A stretch of 64,000 nucleotides of DNA from Balanoglossus misakiensis. Its lineage: Eukaryota; Animalia; Hemichordata. The stretch is taken from the NCBI GenBank assembly GCA_040954595.2, contig CM082591.2, positions 1,229,882-1,293,881 of the forward strand, given 5' to 3'. The translations under genes were made by a program, and so were the position numbers. The first letter of the stretch is position 1. Every line of letters starts with the position of its first letter. The notes under the pieces are model-generated. The model was not told the DNA's origin. It was given only the letters and a program-made list of their open reading frames with translations, and did no database searches. Shown in pieces: positions 14,225-28,783 of this stretch.

Positions 14225-14563
14225 GAAGGTTATACGCCTAGGGGCAGATTTTCAGAAAAATTATAGTCCTCCAAGCTTTTCGGTGTTTGTGCTATATTTG
14301 TGTGTGAGGAGTCTTTGTTAAGCTAGAGAAGAAAACATGTTTCATAATCCATTACTTTAATTTTTCTACATAGAGTTAACACACTAGATTGGCAGACATT
14401 TTGAATTGCAAACTTGAGAAAATATTCCTCTCTCATTCAAAATTTTGTGCGGCGACCTCCATTTCCCCCCTCAATTTTGGGAGAGAACGTAAACCTAAAG
14501 TTGCCCTGAGCCAAATTTGAGAAAAGGTTAAAGATTTTGATTTTCGAGATGTATGGTATACTA
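14225..14563. repeat. Dispersed ~330-bp repeat, copy 2
   Basis: gaaggttatacgcctaggggcagattttcagaaaaa ... catagagttaacac ... cattttgaattgcaaa ... gattttcgagatgtatggtatactaa, colinear with 7287-7607. Confidence 0.6.
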
Positions 14564-16641
14564 AATGTACTCTATGCTCACTCATTTGCATCTAGGCAAA
14601 CAAATTAGGTGATTCTGACGTCATCTCTTTTTCTGCTAAAACACATTTCTGTCATTCACAGCTTGTATTTGATAATGGCCTGTTGTATCAACTTTGACAC
14701 TTCAGATGTGTGTGTGTGTGTGTCATCATTGATGTTGACATAAGAGAGCACATATCGAGTTAATTCTGTAATGCCAGCTAACAGTAGACAAGGTTTAACA
14801 CTTTTCACCACATGTCAAGTATCATTAACACAATCTTAATTCAATTCAAAGGAATTAAGTGACTACGTAACTAGTTCAAACCATTCACAGCATTGAATGT
14901 AAATATTGAAATCAAATTACATTTTTTCCTGTGTGTGCAAAAATGTTCTCTTGGCATTGCTTGTTAGGGTAGAGGGTACCTGACTATACAAATTCCTTCC
15001 CAGCGTAAGGAAACAGACATAAAATTCCCATTTCTGTTTAGTTTTAGAGACTGTGCGGATAAAACATACACGTATCCACAAATGGAACGCATGTGTGGTG
15101 TGCTTTGATTTTTTGAATATGAACTGCTGAGCGACAGTTTCTGTGTTTTTTGTATAAAACACAAAATCATAAATTGTTGACAACTCTGCTTCAGGAATAG
15201 TTCCTCTCCCTCAACATTTTCCCGATGATATAAGACATCTTGCATGTTCCTTTATACTGCATATAGGTTACAGCATTGGCTATGATTTAATTAGCTAAAT
15301 CAAGAAGGCTTGTGGCGACGCATATTCGGAGTAACTCCTCACTGCTGTCGTTTTATTTCTCTGTACAAAAACTACCAATATATTGTGAGAATCACTGGTG
15401 AGTTTGTTATGTTAACATGCAATGGGCTAATCACTTTATTCAAGTCACTTTATCATGTGTTCTTTCACCATCTATTATTCAATAGACCATTTTGCAAACT
15501 CCAAGAATCCGTGCGAGATCTCGCGTGGCTAGGCTGTTTGTATGGGTGTACATTCAGATGTGACACAGGACAAACAACACTTGGCCCTTTGTGTTAAATG
15601 GCACGAAAGTTGTATTTTTGTTAACTTGGCACCTATTTTTGTATCAATACAGAAATTATTTAAAATACTAGATCGATGACGACACATGAATTTATGAGGA
15701 ATAGCTAAATTTGCGTAAGAGTGTTCGTCGAAAGTCGCAGTCAACATATCAAAACAAGAGCTTTGCACCAATTAAAGACTGCATGACGTAAAAGGAAATG
15801 TTTCCATTGCAATGGACGGATATATTTAGTCTTCAGGGCTTCTTACTAATGAAAAAATGGAGAACAATGAATTGAGGGTGTATTGTTCAATGCTAACAAA
15901 GCTTTTCTTGTATCTTTGACAAGAATATGCATCAAATTTCATGAATATTACGTCACATTGATATGGTGTGGATCCGGGAAAAGATCCTAGCCCAGGAAAA
16001 GATACAAAATCTGTCTGTCTGTTTGTCTGCCCGTCCGTCCACCTATCCATCTATGACACATTAAGCCACTTTCATCTCTACAAATGTGAAATCCTCAGCC
16101 CACAGAAAAGAAACACAGATATAACAAGAGAATCTACTCTGAAATTTGTTTGCTATTCAAACAAATGGTGCTCATGTGAGGTGGTTCTATTCAAAAATCT
16201 CCTTCCTCTATAGCCCACTATCGGTCGACGTTCACAAAATGGAGAATTCAGAAAGACCATCATTTTTTGTGCTTTCCAAGCACCTTTCAAATATTGCAAT
16301 TAGAGAAAAATACTGATGCCACAATTCGCCCCCACCTTATCCTGAATAAAAAACATGGAGCTATATAATCATTATAATGCCTGACATCGAAATAAAAACG
16401 GAAAACCTCTTTTTCTGTTAGCAGATTTTCACAGAATTGCCCTTGGGAGTGTCATTATTATTTAGAAGGAAAGTGACTGAGGTAGAATTATGAAACGTGC
16501 CATTTGGAACTGCTCTCAACTTCTCACCTGAGTTTATCACAGTTCTTTCAGCAAAAGCATCTTGTGCGTATTCTTCTTTTTAAACGGTCAATCTTGGTTT
16601 TATAATGATGTAAGCAGTGTTCGCTTTAGTTTAACTTAATA

Positions 16642-16683
16642 ACATACATACATACATACATACATACATACATACATACATAC
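16642..16683. repeat. (ACAT)n microsatellite
   Basis: About 10 perfect ACAT units. Confidence 0.95.
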
Positions 16684-17138
16684 CCAGGTACAACTAAATT
16701 TGTGATAATTCTGCAACTTCACGAAGACTTAATATAATGTAAATCGTAGCCCGATATTTTTATATTTTTGCACCCCTAGGAAGTTCCACTATTTGAATCT
16801 TTCACGGTATCACGGATGATTTGTTCGTCTAACAAGTCCCCAAACACTAGTAGCAGAAAGGGGTTCTGATCGCCTCTGGCAGATTCAACGTGTTCTGGAT
16901 CTGCAAGGACGCTTATTGCGTATGAGAAATCATTGTCATAATTTTCTAGCAGTCAGTGACAGTGATCTACATATCCAAGTGTAAAAATATTATTTGGGAT
17001 CAAGAAATCGGGGCTGCAATCAAACAGTATGTAAATTGAAGGTAAAAAAGAATATAGTGAGTCGAGCACAGAAGAAATTGTGTAGCCAGTATAGGCAAAC
17101 AATTAAAAAAGCAAGTCAAGAAAAAAACTGATCTTGAT

Positions 17139-17232
17139 TTAACCATTTCACCCCAGTTCCCTGTTTAGAGGTCCAACTTTGCCATAGAAAACAGTGGGGT
17201 AAAGGACTGAATCATGGTGGTGAAAGGTTTAA
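17139..17232. mobile_element. piggyBac-type MITE (~86 bp), diverged copy
   Basis: TTAA-CCATTTCACC...GGTGAAAGGT-TTAA. The internal sequence matches the copies at 31259, 40263 and 62574. Confidence 0.75.
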
Positions 17233-19474
17233 ACTCAGTCAAATCAAAAAAGTGCAAAAGATATATGCTCCTCCAGCCATTATGGCTTTCCTTCTTGACT
17301 GCCCACTCATGCAGACGCGTTTTTAGGAATGATGTCATATGCTGAAAGGTGGACCCAGGGCTTTGAGACGATACGCATCATTTTCTTTTCGCAGCATTTT
17401 GTTGAATTGGTTGTGGTGATTTTTCATCACAGTTTTCAAGGTTAGGTGATTCTTAGCCTTTTATAGGTAACTTTCAGTGATCATTTGCATAAGCTCTATT
17501 ATACGCTGTACCAACAGACAATAGTTTATGATCTCTGTTATATTGGAACTCGCATTAAGGATTTTGAGCTTCATAGATTCAGCTAAAAAAAGAAAGGTTT
17601 CCCAGACTGTTCGTATATGTTTGTTGAGTTGTGCATTTATGTCTGCAGACACCATTGATGGCCAACAAGTTGCTATCTAATTCTGCCAGTGCTTTGAAAC
17701 CTCAGTAAATAATTCTAACTAATCTTCCATTCACTACATGTAAACGTTGGTGGCCTGAGTCACTTACTGCCTTGGAAATCGTAAATTGTGTTTGTGGGAA
17801 ATCAACAGATGTGACTGAATATGTAGACTTTATTCAGGAGTTTTGTCCTTCCTGGAAGTATGTATGCTCAGTAACTGTAACCTTTACAAAGAGAAGTATA
17901 ATAATGTGTGTGTGTGGGGTGGGGGGGGGGATGTTGATCAACAACACAGTTTACAGAAGGTGACAAAGATAAGACATACAAAATTGGTGATGATGTCACA
18001 GTATATGAATAGCAAACCGACGACATTATTGCAGGAAGCAGAACCATTTAAAGTACGTCTCTATTTTTGCAGTGAGAATAATTGTCTTAACTTAAACATG
18101 CTGCAACGACAAAACACTTTTATTCCTGAGGGGACGAAGTTCTCTTTTAAGAGTCATTGACGCATTTGCTAAGTAACCCTCCCAGGATCATTTGAAGCTT
18201 TGAGATGGGGTTGTTACGTTAGAGTTACAAGTACGGATGTGTTAAACCAAACAATGGAACTATTGCATACAAGGCAAGGCTTTCAGGTCTTTAGTTCCTG
18301 TCTCAACAAGTGTCAATGACATCACTCACCACAAGATCTCACGTGCACAAACAACCATTGTGTCTATTTAAAAGCAAAAATAGTGCGATATGTACACTTG
18401 GGGGAAAACATGCAATTCGGTAAAGCTGGAAAAACACTGATACAAAAAACAACAACAATAAAACATAATATTAATATTTTTTATTGCATTTGAACTAAGT
18501 GAAACCTTCTGTACATACTAATTCACATTAGAAAATATGTCAAAGTGGAAAAACTGTCTTAAACCTTTCCCCCCCCCCCCAAAAAAAAAAAAAAAAAAAT
18601 CAATATTGTCGTTTCAATGTTGAGTTGGCAGTTGGCCAGAGTTCACACCCAATTACTTTATACAAAATAGTGCATTATATGTAACAAGTTCAAAACAATG
18701 TCTTTATTGCTCAAGTAAGCTTTAGATAATATCATAGAAATTATATTCACCACTAACTTGTAAATTTATACCCACATAATACAAAATGGTATAAAAACAA
18801 TTATTCATACAATATTATCTCCATTGATTGTCTCAAACTCTACAAAAAAAAACTACATTTACGAAGCAAGTGTTTACCAAATAATCATCTTTTACATTAT
18901 TTGCACGATTTATATACAATCAAATGTCGATCTCCTTGTGTTACAGTTTTCATAAAACGACATGTGTCTACTTTTGTTTCAAGGAAAGTATCGGTTACAT
19001 CTCAAAATGTGACCACTGGCCATTCAGCACTTCACAGAAACTGGATACAAGTGCAGCCCTTTTTTGTTTCTCAAAATAAGCCTCAACAGCACCTCATGCA
19101 TTACAAATGTGATCATAGATGACGCACTTTGATACCAATTCTTTAAGCAGGATGCAGTACATGTATAATCACTAAAACTGTTATGCAACAGTATTCCTAT
19201 CACTAATGAATTGTCTTCCTGATACCTGGAATCATAGGAATCAGATTGCTGTATTTTTTTTTCAAATTAGAGGGCGCACTTCTGCGCACTTCTGAAATTA
19301 CAGTAAAAGTAAAAGACATGTACACAAGACATACAACTTTAAACTAAAAAAATTCAGCATTTCTAAGCCTCTGTGATTCCCGTCATAAAGGAACATTTCA
19401 AGGTGTCTGCAATATCTGTGTGATATTTCGTCTACCGTAAATATTATGAAGCTTTTGTGGAACACATCCACCGT

Positions 19475-22400
19475 TTATAAGACAGTTATGATATCTTGAA
19501 GGACCTCATATGAACCATGCTTAGTTCGTTTCAAATTTAAAGTTAACGCTCGTTGATTTTCCAGTCCATCACTTGAATCAAAAACACTTTCTCCTGTTTT
19601 GGAATCTGTTGGCTTTGGGGCCGGATCAGTGCAGCATCTGGATTCATCGCAACTTCCTTTCAAACCACAGGCCAGAATACATTCTTTGCTGTGAGCCAAA
19701 TTGTCCTCCTGTGGATAAAACCAGATGTCTAAGTTACATTATGATACTTGTTTTAGCTGAATGTACATTGACATTAAGAAAACTTGTTTGCGGAAGAGTT
19801 TTTAAAATATGTTATAATCCCGAGAATGATCTGTTGATATTTTATATTAGTGACATTAAGATGAAATCTGATTTTCAAGGTATCTTTACATTGACAGAGG
19901 CATGAACAATATTAAAGGGTGCTTGTACATGTATTTGGTAAAAGGGTTAAAGGTCAGTTACATACATGTAAGAACTCAGGCTGTATTGTGGTGGAATGTA
20001 TTCCATGGTCATGGAAGAATTTCTTCACTCTGCGGGATATTGCACTGTATTGCTGAGGGTTTCGGATTGTAATGTGTGCCGTGGCGATGATGGTGTCCCC
20101 TTCCAGTCTCCATACATGGAAATCGTGGACTGCTACAAGTTCCGGAAACTGTTGGAAATAAAGAGAAAGTAATTAATGGTTGTGTTAGTATTTTTTAAGT
20201 GTATTCAAAAAGAATATCCACAACATATATAATGTTTCTTCATGCAGACACAATCAGTCAACTCAAATACAATACAATACAATATAATACAATACAATAC
20301 AATGTAAAATACAATACAATACAGTATAAAATACAAAAAAATACAATATAAAATACAATACAATATAATATAAAATACAATACAATATACAATACAATAC
20401 AATAGTAACAGCTACTATAGATGAAAAACATTACTCTGGCTCTGTGCAGTCAGTCAAGAGAAATCTGATTGATCATTACAAACCTTTTTGATCAATTTTG
20501 TCTTCAGAAAACTAATGTCTATATGATGTGGAACCATTTGTATAAGGATGTAGGCGGATTCTTTCACTACAAAACAGAAAAAAAAGAAATGCCTTCGGTT
20601 AAGAAAGACTTAAGATATTATAGACAACCAATATTACTGTTTATCCTTCAACATAATTATCACGAAAGTCAATTTGATGACTAATTTAATTCCTTTACTC
20701 TCATTGACGCTTGGAATGCTCATAAATAACAAGAAAATATTGACAAATTAGACAAATAAAACAATAAATGTATGATTGTAATTCATGCCTTGTCCAACAT
20801 AATTACACTCAGTGTACATAGTACCATTATTGTCCAACAAACATGGTGTTATTTGAATTTTGATAGCAGCACAGCAGGACATTAATGAACAGAAATCTAA
20901 TATTGAGATAGCGACTGTACATAATGATAGGGGAATGCAATTACAAAGATAGATGTATTTGCATAGCAGGTAAATGGTAGTGGACCACCTAGGCCAGGGT
21001 ACTATCTATGTAACATGGAAAACCTGCATTAATATTTAAAAACTCTCCTTTTTGTGAATATCAATGCACCATGAATAATGGAAATGGACCCCCTAGGCCA
21101 AGAAATGTTGAATTTCACAAAATATGTTTATTTAAAAAAAAACTGTTTTATATCCTGAATTATATCCTGAACACTTCAAGACCAGTTATACTTACACAGT
21201 AGAAGGGCAAGTGCTGCTATTATGACCATCAACACCAAACTGAGTGCGGGGTCCATGTAAAGTCGCCATTTGCCAGAAGCGTAGTGGATGACCAAAGCAC
21301 TACTGATGATTACAATTGAACCCAGTGTGTCCGTCAGTGTGTGTAGAAATACACCATGCATGTTCAGCTGTGTACCAGTTGCTTTGGAAAAGTAAATCAA
21401 AATACAATATGTATTTAAACCTGCCGGTGTCTATAGTGGCCAGTCAAGGGTCTTTCCTAAACTGGCCTTTATAGACAGGTGGCCTTATACCGGTACACCA
21501 ATCAATTAATACACATGTAAATTGCACAGGGACTGTAACACATACAGTGGCCATTACATGTATATAGAGTGATGGCTGTACACTGACGTTGAACATCAGA
21601 AACTTTTCTCCAGTTATTATCCCAGCATTCTTATTAAGCAACTTACAACATTTATTTAGGTAAATAAAATAATTGTATGTACACTAATTGCATGTTCTCA
21701 AAATCCCACTGGGATAATGTGAAACAATGAGTGATAAGATTGCCATAAATAGATATCATTAACATTGTATTAAAAAGTCTCTTAATTAATTTTCTATCTC
21801 TTAATGGGATAGAAAATTAAAAAAATGTTCTATCGCTTTACATGATCATATGTGGCTGATAAAGTATTGACCCTAATGTTCTCCAAAAGGGCAAGTTAAG
21901 CTAGGAGGGGATCGTCCTTTAATGTCATAAAACAATACATCATAAATATAACAATTACTTCTATTGTATGCAAATTAGTCACAACAATACAGAAACTGCT
22001 TACCAACTCTTGGCAGCTGCATCATAGCATTCTCGCTCATGTGATGCTCGTCTTCAGAATCATGTAAATGAACACTTTCATCACTGGAGTTCTGTCGGGA
22101 CGCCGGAAGGGAACTCTGCTCTCCAGTCTCTGAATCAATGGCGTCCATCTTCTCCAGATACGATTTTGTCGGGTGAATGAACGGGCTTGTTGCTTCATTG
22201 CCTTCATTTCTGCATGTAAATTTTGTCTTTAGAGGATGTACATAGCCTGTCAAAAGAGATACATAAATTAACTTAAACTGGCATGCATGAACTTGAGCTT
22301 TCAAAGGCTTGTATGCTCGAGTCTCTTTCACCAGATGTACATGCAGTGATTATGTTAATGCTTAATACACACTGATGCCACTTTGCCAGGTGTTCCTAGA

Positions 22401-24815
22401 TCTTTTATTCATAGATATACACATCTTTTGTACTGTACTTCTAAAATTCATCCTGCTTATTATTTTGGAGACTTGTAGGGCAGTTTTTTGTGAACAAGTT
22501 AGGGACGGATCGTCTTGGGAAATGAAGCCAGGGGTACCGGGTCAATTTGGCACAGATTGTGAAATCAGAGAAAGGGAACTCACTTTGAAAAACTTTGCTA
22601 TATGTTAAAGAAAGCGTTCACTGTGAGTGTGACCACCAACAATGACGCATATAGCTTGTAGTCACACTGCAGTGGTCATATAGAACGAACAACACATTGT
22701 CTTCTTTGTCATGCTTTGAGAGAATTGGGTTATAATACCCGAGGCAAGATTGAGAAATTAGGGCAAGGCCAGAAGTTTGATGCCATTTGTGGGATTGATC
22801 AACAGGGCATCTTACCCACCTGTACGGCGAACACAGTCCTGCGTTAATTGACCATAGCCATCTCAGTTTACCTCTCAAGGACAACAGGGTTCATTAACTG
22901 AAGCAACAGGCACGTCCTAGATTATGGACATACTCAGTCAGGGATAAAACATACTGTAACCAACGCCAAACGTATACTCATCAAAAAGACTTGATAATAA
23001 TAACTCACCTACAAATAATACAATCCCAACAATATTTATAAAAAGACTGCCACCACCGATGGCTGCTATCAATACAGGATCTTCAATTTCTTCCAAGTCA
23101 ATTAATCTTTGCAAGGACTCGACGAAAAGTGAAAAACACAGAGCAATTAGAAACACAGCATTGACCAAAGCTGCCAAGATCTCTGCTCTGATCCATCCAT
23201 ATGTATTACGTGGAGAGTGTCCCTTATTGGCCATCTGTAGAAAAGAAATAGAATATCGATTGAAAGCATGTTTGACATTCAAATAAAGCTGAACACGCGA
23301 TATTTATCCATACTGTTTTGGTGATTTGTGTAAATGACTTTGACTTAACAGATCAGAGTTACGAGATTTTGAATGATTATTCAGATTAGCCTATGAAATT
23401 ACATACTATGGCTTGCAATAATCAGCTTTGAATTCTATCAGATAATCTTCTGTTTGGCATGGGTCTCGGTAAGGATTTGTAAATGGCGTCCAGCTATACC
23501 CTACTTAAGTTGTCTAACTTTATTCAACGATTCTAGTTTTTGAAAACAAGTAGCCCTTCAAAGTTGTGAAATAGCCACGTTATGAGGATGACTTTTGACC
23601 CCAAGTATTGAAGTTTGATAATTCCTTCAGCAATAGACCTGTCAAACTCAATACAAGTAATCTGAAGTGAACAATGGTGATAAAGTAGATTTATACAAGG
23701 TGACTATGTATCTAGCGTCAGCAAGAACCGATAAGAATTTATCAACATGGCAGTCGGTCAACATTGTCTCTCTTCAGAAAGACATGTTCAGTTGATACGG
23801 ATGTGAGACTGGCTCTGATTTCAAACAAGGAACCACTTCACCAAGATATCTTGAGTTACATCAAGAAAATTCAGAAGACATGCGGAACAAAACTCCGAAA
23901 AATAGCCAATCTTCAGAGTTTAATACTAGGGCTTTAAAATAATGCAATAAAATATTCAATTAAATGACAGTAATAAATTTATTGAAGTCATATACCAAAT
24001 ATGCCGGTCACATATCACACGTAAAACTTGTCACTGACAATTTTACACACAGCTGCACATGATGTACAATATACAATTAATCACAATATATGATCCCTTA
24101 TAAAATAAACACCTGTGTTGCCCATTCCACTTTGACATTAATAAAATTATCAGCAACGACCTTTTAGCCATTACGATTTCAAAAAATTGCTTTCATAAAA
24201 TCCAAACAATGTTATATTATATTATAGTCAGCATGTGATATTTCATATTTTTGCTAATTTTGTAGAAAGTTCGATGATTTCTTATCATGATGTACTTTGG
24301 AATGGCAGAATGTGGAGACTATAGAACTTTTGATAAATTATGTATAATTTCACATTCCATACCCAAACAAACCCACCAAATCAATATACGTTGATTCATG
24401 ATCTGTCAATTTTATAATGTCTGTCTCTTTCTGATATGAAGACTTAAAATAATAGGGACAATGGAGTATCTACAAATCTGTCTGCTCCAGAAAAAAAGTC
24501 TTCTTTGAATTAAGGATTCAAATGGGTCCATTTGGGTCAAACTTTATACATGAATAAATCTTGCAACTATCATCGTAAATGTGGATTCAAGGGTAATAGA
24601 CCACTTTATGATTGAAAAGCAAGAACTTTTTTACTCACCACTGCAGCAATCAACGCAATTACTAGAGCGATTCCATCTGAGAGTTTGTGGAATGAATCCG
24701 TGACTAGACTCATGGAGTTGGTCATGTATCCCACGATTATCTCAACTACGCAGAAAATCCCGACCAGTGTCAACATCAAAGAGATCCGATAAGTCCTTCC
24801 ACAAGTGCGAACCAT
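19475..24815 (-). CDS. ZnT1/SLC30A1-like cation diffusion facilitator, diverged tandem paralogue (copy B), 443 aa
   Basis: Seven in-frame GT-AG exons: 24639-24815, 23009-23234, 22004-22246, 21196-21381, 20484-20566, 19966-20148, 19475-19708 (1332 nt). Motifs: DSFHKLSD, NTYGWIRAEILAALVNAVFL, NMHGVFLHTLTDTLGS, VHDFHVWRL, HGIHSTTIQPEF and a Cys tail CILAC..SC..RCC. Intron phases are identical to copy A. Confidence 0.9.
20265..20404. repeat. (AATAC)n pentanucleotide microsatellite, intron 5 of ZnT copy B
   Basis: Imperfect aatac/aatat array; it explains the spurious ORF 20205-20402. Confidence 0.9.
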
Positions 24816-26449
24816 CTTGTTGATTTTAATCGGCAAAATTTAAAAATATCTGCCAGACAGTGGCAGTCGAGAACCTCAGTTGTTACTCGCTATCACTTCA
24901 TTGGCCAAGTCCCGACTGTCGAACTCGTCTTTTGAATCGGCAGATGTGACGTCTGAAAAGCACGGTGTCGTGCACAAAACATTAGCTTGTCTCGGAACGG
25001 TCTCACACTGACTCAGGTCACCGATCAACTCTCAAAGGTCACAATATATTATTCCTTCTCCAGTTCACCTGAATAAGATTTAATAAAAGAATCAACAGAG
25101 AGTTCAATGAGGTCTTAGTTTCAAGTCTGGTGATAGAATTCTGCTGTTTCTAAGCTCTAGGTAGAAATATATAAATCCCGTATGTACCCACAGTCACTCC
25201 ACATGTATGTAGGCAGTATAATGTATCTATATGTATATGTACATGTAACAGTATGTACGCAAAGGGCTGGTATGTACCGGTATGTTTTTGTAAGATTGTG
25301 ACACTTCTTTGAATTTGAAATAAATACTGTCAGCTAGTGTCAGACAGATAATCTAAAAAACTGTTTGCCTGGAGGATAGTATTTAACAAAGATGCATTGT
25401 TTGAAAGCTGTTATGTAACAGTGGTATAGTACTGACCTTTTATATAGAGACAAAGTTTTACAATGACACAGGTCCATATTAAGTAACATCTGTCTTTTGG
25501 AAATATTTAAACTAAGTTACAGTAATATTTTCTTGTTTTTACAAATGCCAGATATTGAAATGTGTGTTAAGTTTCCAATACTTCTCTCGAAGTAGTGGAA
25601 ATCGGTATTTAACTATATATTGGTCAAATTTAAAATATCACTTTAAGCAGTGTCCAAAAGCCATTAAAGACAGTTTAATTGGGTGTGTAATACAGTAGTC
25701 CATACAACTTCGTTTAGGACAAGGCAATGATCAATTGTACTGATCAGCTGAACAGCCTGTTGCGGCCAAAAATGGGGGTGTTAATTCCCACCACCTATAC
25801 CTCTAGATCAACCTTCGACAGCCCTATTCCTTGTACATCAATACCCAAACGGCATTACCAGAAAACAATTTACCAACTCACCATATCTTGGCTTGACCGT
25901 GCTTGGCCACAGCAGCTAGCGGACGACACTAACTGACGAAACTGTACCAGGCCCAGGACCCCCCAGCTTGCTATACTTTTCCAAAGTTCAATGACCTTTT
26001 TATGCCCGTGGCGAGGTGACGTAAGATATAATGAAAAGGCATTTACACTTAATTGCTGCTGATGGGATTTTTCTGCACGGCAAAACTATTGCCACAAAGG
26101 CAGTTTTATACTGTGTTAATGATTTTGCGTGTTACTAGATAAAAAAAGTAAATGTCCATGTATAAATTTTAAAATAATGGTTAAAAGGGATAGTATCTAT
26201 GTAACCTTCTGATAATTTCAGTGTTTTTATCAACTTCATATTGTTCTACTCTCTACAACATGTAGACATGCATGCCAATTGTCATGACACCACTGCCTAT
26301 TAATGTCTATTACTACCTCTGTTTCTGTGACAGTTTCATCTGACTTGGACTTCGACAATGTAGATACCCCAAACCCCTCCCTCTAAGAAAATATTTCAGT
26401 CTCACCCCACCACACCCATGGTCTCACAAAGCTGAGATTAGGCAATATT

Positions 26450-26549
26450 GCCTCCAATTTTTATTAATGTAAAGGGAGAATCAAAGTTGTCTTAAGTGAG
26501 ATATTAGAAAAGGTTTAAGATTCAGATTTTCAAGGTGCATACTACTTTA
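26450..26549. repeat. Right-end fragment of the ~330-bp dispersed repeat
   Basis: aaagttgtctt...agaaaaggtttaagattcagattttcaaggtgcatactactttaa matches the right ends of the copies at 7287-7607 and 14225-14563. Confidence 0.5.
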
Positions 26550-27024
26550 ATTTAATTTCTGTAAAAAGATTTCCGGTGGTCTCTGTCCTTAAAAGTTCAA
26601 GGTCATTGTAAGCTCAGGTCTTCTGGAATTTTGCCTCCCTAGGTGGGTGATAAAGTTCACTTGGCCAATTTTTGATTTGAAATGACAGTCTCTGCAATGA
26701 AGGGGCAAAACTATTTTCTTGGGGATCATATGTTGTATTTCATACAGAGTGATTTAGAATCCAGTCTTCATAGTGTGTGGTTGTTTTTGCCTTCCAAAGA
26801 AGGACACTACAAGACACACCAAATTCCCTTGTTTCCAAGGTGATCCATTAACAAAGGTGAAGAAGTTTCATTGAATTGTTGACAAAGAACTGCCAAGTGA
26901 TCCAAAAATGTCAACATAGTTCATCGCCTACTTTTGAATCAAGGTTATTGTTTTATCTGATATGATTGAATCTATATACTGGGATTGGTTAGGGTGAAAA
27001 GGGCAATTTATATAGTGTTGAACC

Positions 27025-27540
27025 AACATACATACATACATACATACATACATACATACATACATAGTTGTACATACATACATACATACATACATACATA
27101 CATACATACATACATACATACATACATTACATTACATACATATATACATTAAATTACATACATTCATACATACATTACATACATACATACATACATACAT
27201 ACTTACATACATACATACTTACATAGATACATACTTACATACACAGATACATACTTACAGATACATACATAGATACATAGATATATACATAGATATATAC
27301 ATACATAGATACATACATACATACATACTTACATAGATAGATAGATACATACATACATACATACATACATACATACATACATACATACATACACAGATAC
27401 ATACTTACAGATACATACATACATAGATACATATATAGATACATACATACATACATAGATACTTACATAGATACATACTTACGTAGATTCATACATACTT
27501 ACATAGATAGATACATATACATACATACATAAATACATAC
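27025..27540. repeat. Compound (ACAT)n/(AGAT)n microsatellite between the two ZnT genes
   Basis: About 515 bp of ACAT/AGAT/ACTT units; it explains the MYVC-repeat ORFs. Confidence 0.95.
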
Positions 27541-28783
27541 AAGTTATTCATTGTAATAAACTTTTTATTTTATCAAAGCAGCATAAATTTTCTCAAAAGT
27601 TGGTCACAATTGACTCGGACATACATTGGTAAAATGAAAATATTGGGTTTTGCAACTTCTGAGCTTTGTGAATGGAATTCAGATAAAATCACTCACAATA
27701 TACACATTATTTCAAGAAATAACAACAAGGCCTATAAATATATGTATATAACATCTTTAAATACTTAGAATTATTTCATTCAATTAATGTCAAATTGCAG
27801 TGAGACGAAATGGTCGTCTTATGCACCAAACCATAAGGCAGTGTGTTATTCTACAGACCAACTGACAAGATGACGGCGACCATAGTCTGTGTCGGAGATC
27901 GGGAAAAGACAGCACATTAGGTGAAAAGAAGGGACAAAACTAAAGTCTACTTATAGGGTGTGTATGAAACATGAAAGGAAGTGAAGGTAGTCCAATATTT
28001 GAATGTGTCGAACAACCACGATACAACTTTCAAATTCGATACAAAACATAACCTCAAATCACAACAGACACCACAGTCAAATCCAAGACTGAACATCATC
28101 TCAAGACAATCTCATTTCTTTGTAAGATCATAACCATTTGTATAAAAACAAAAAAACTATTTTGAAATGATTCATGAAAAAATAATCAGCACACTTTGAG
28201 TTTCTTTGTAATGCTTTGTGAATATTTACCATAACATTGGTGATCTATATAAATTCATGTTACTAAACATCCATCCTATACAAACATCAAATATTTCATC
28301 GAAAATTAAATAATAAAAAGTTTACAATACTTTCGAAATTTTATTTCATAATTATGAAAATCAATACACAAATACATAGTGTGGCCTTGTAGTGACTATG
28401 GTATTCTACTGGTGTATATAAGTTATTGCATTCGACATATGACATCATGTTCTATGAGACTAAGACTGCAATGTGCATGAACTTATTCAAATATATTTTC
28501 ATGAACTTTTACAGTTTTGATGGAGAATTCCACAATGAATTCTCCATCAAAGAGCACACTTGAAATTATACATGCACTCCCACATGTTTTCTTAGCAATA
28601 TCTTATCGCTGTATTTCCAGCAGAGCTGAGATGACCAAATAAATATGAGGCCAGCAAGGCTGGTCTATGTCGGCCATCTTGTTTCAGACCGCTACAAGCG
28701 GCTCAGCCATAGACAGTGTGAAGTCATGATGGAACTAGCGCTATTGTTCATATTAAGAATTCCTTTGACACCTGCAAATGATC

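Noticed and set aside
19274-19294. Direct repeat GCGCACTTCTG x2 containing an MRE core (TGCGCAC)
   Set aside because: It lies in the 3' UTR of ZnT copy B and has a single core; chance occurrence is plausible.
19475-24815. ZnT copy B as a pseudogene or as a true SLC30A10 orthologue
   Set aside because: All seven exons splice in frame with canonical sites and no stops, and TM2 keeps His rather than the Asn diagnostic of SLC30A10.
26928-27456. ORFs encoding MYVC repeats
   Set aside because: They are translations of the (ACAT)n microsatellite.
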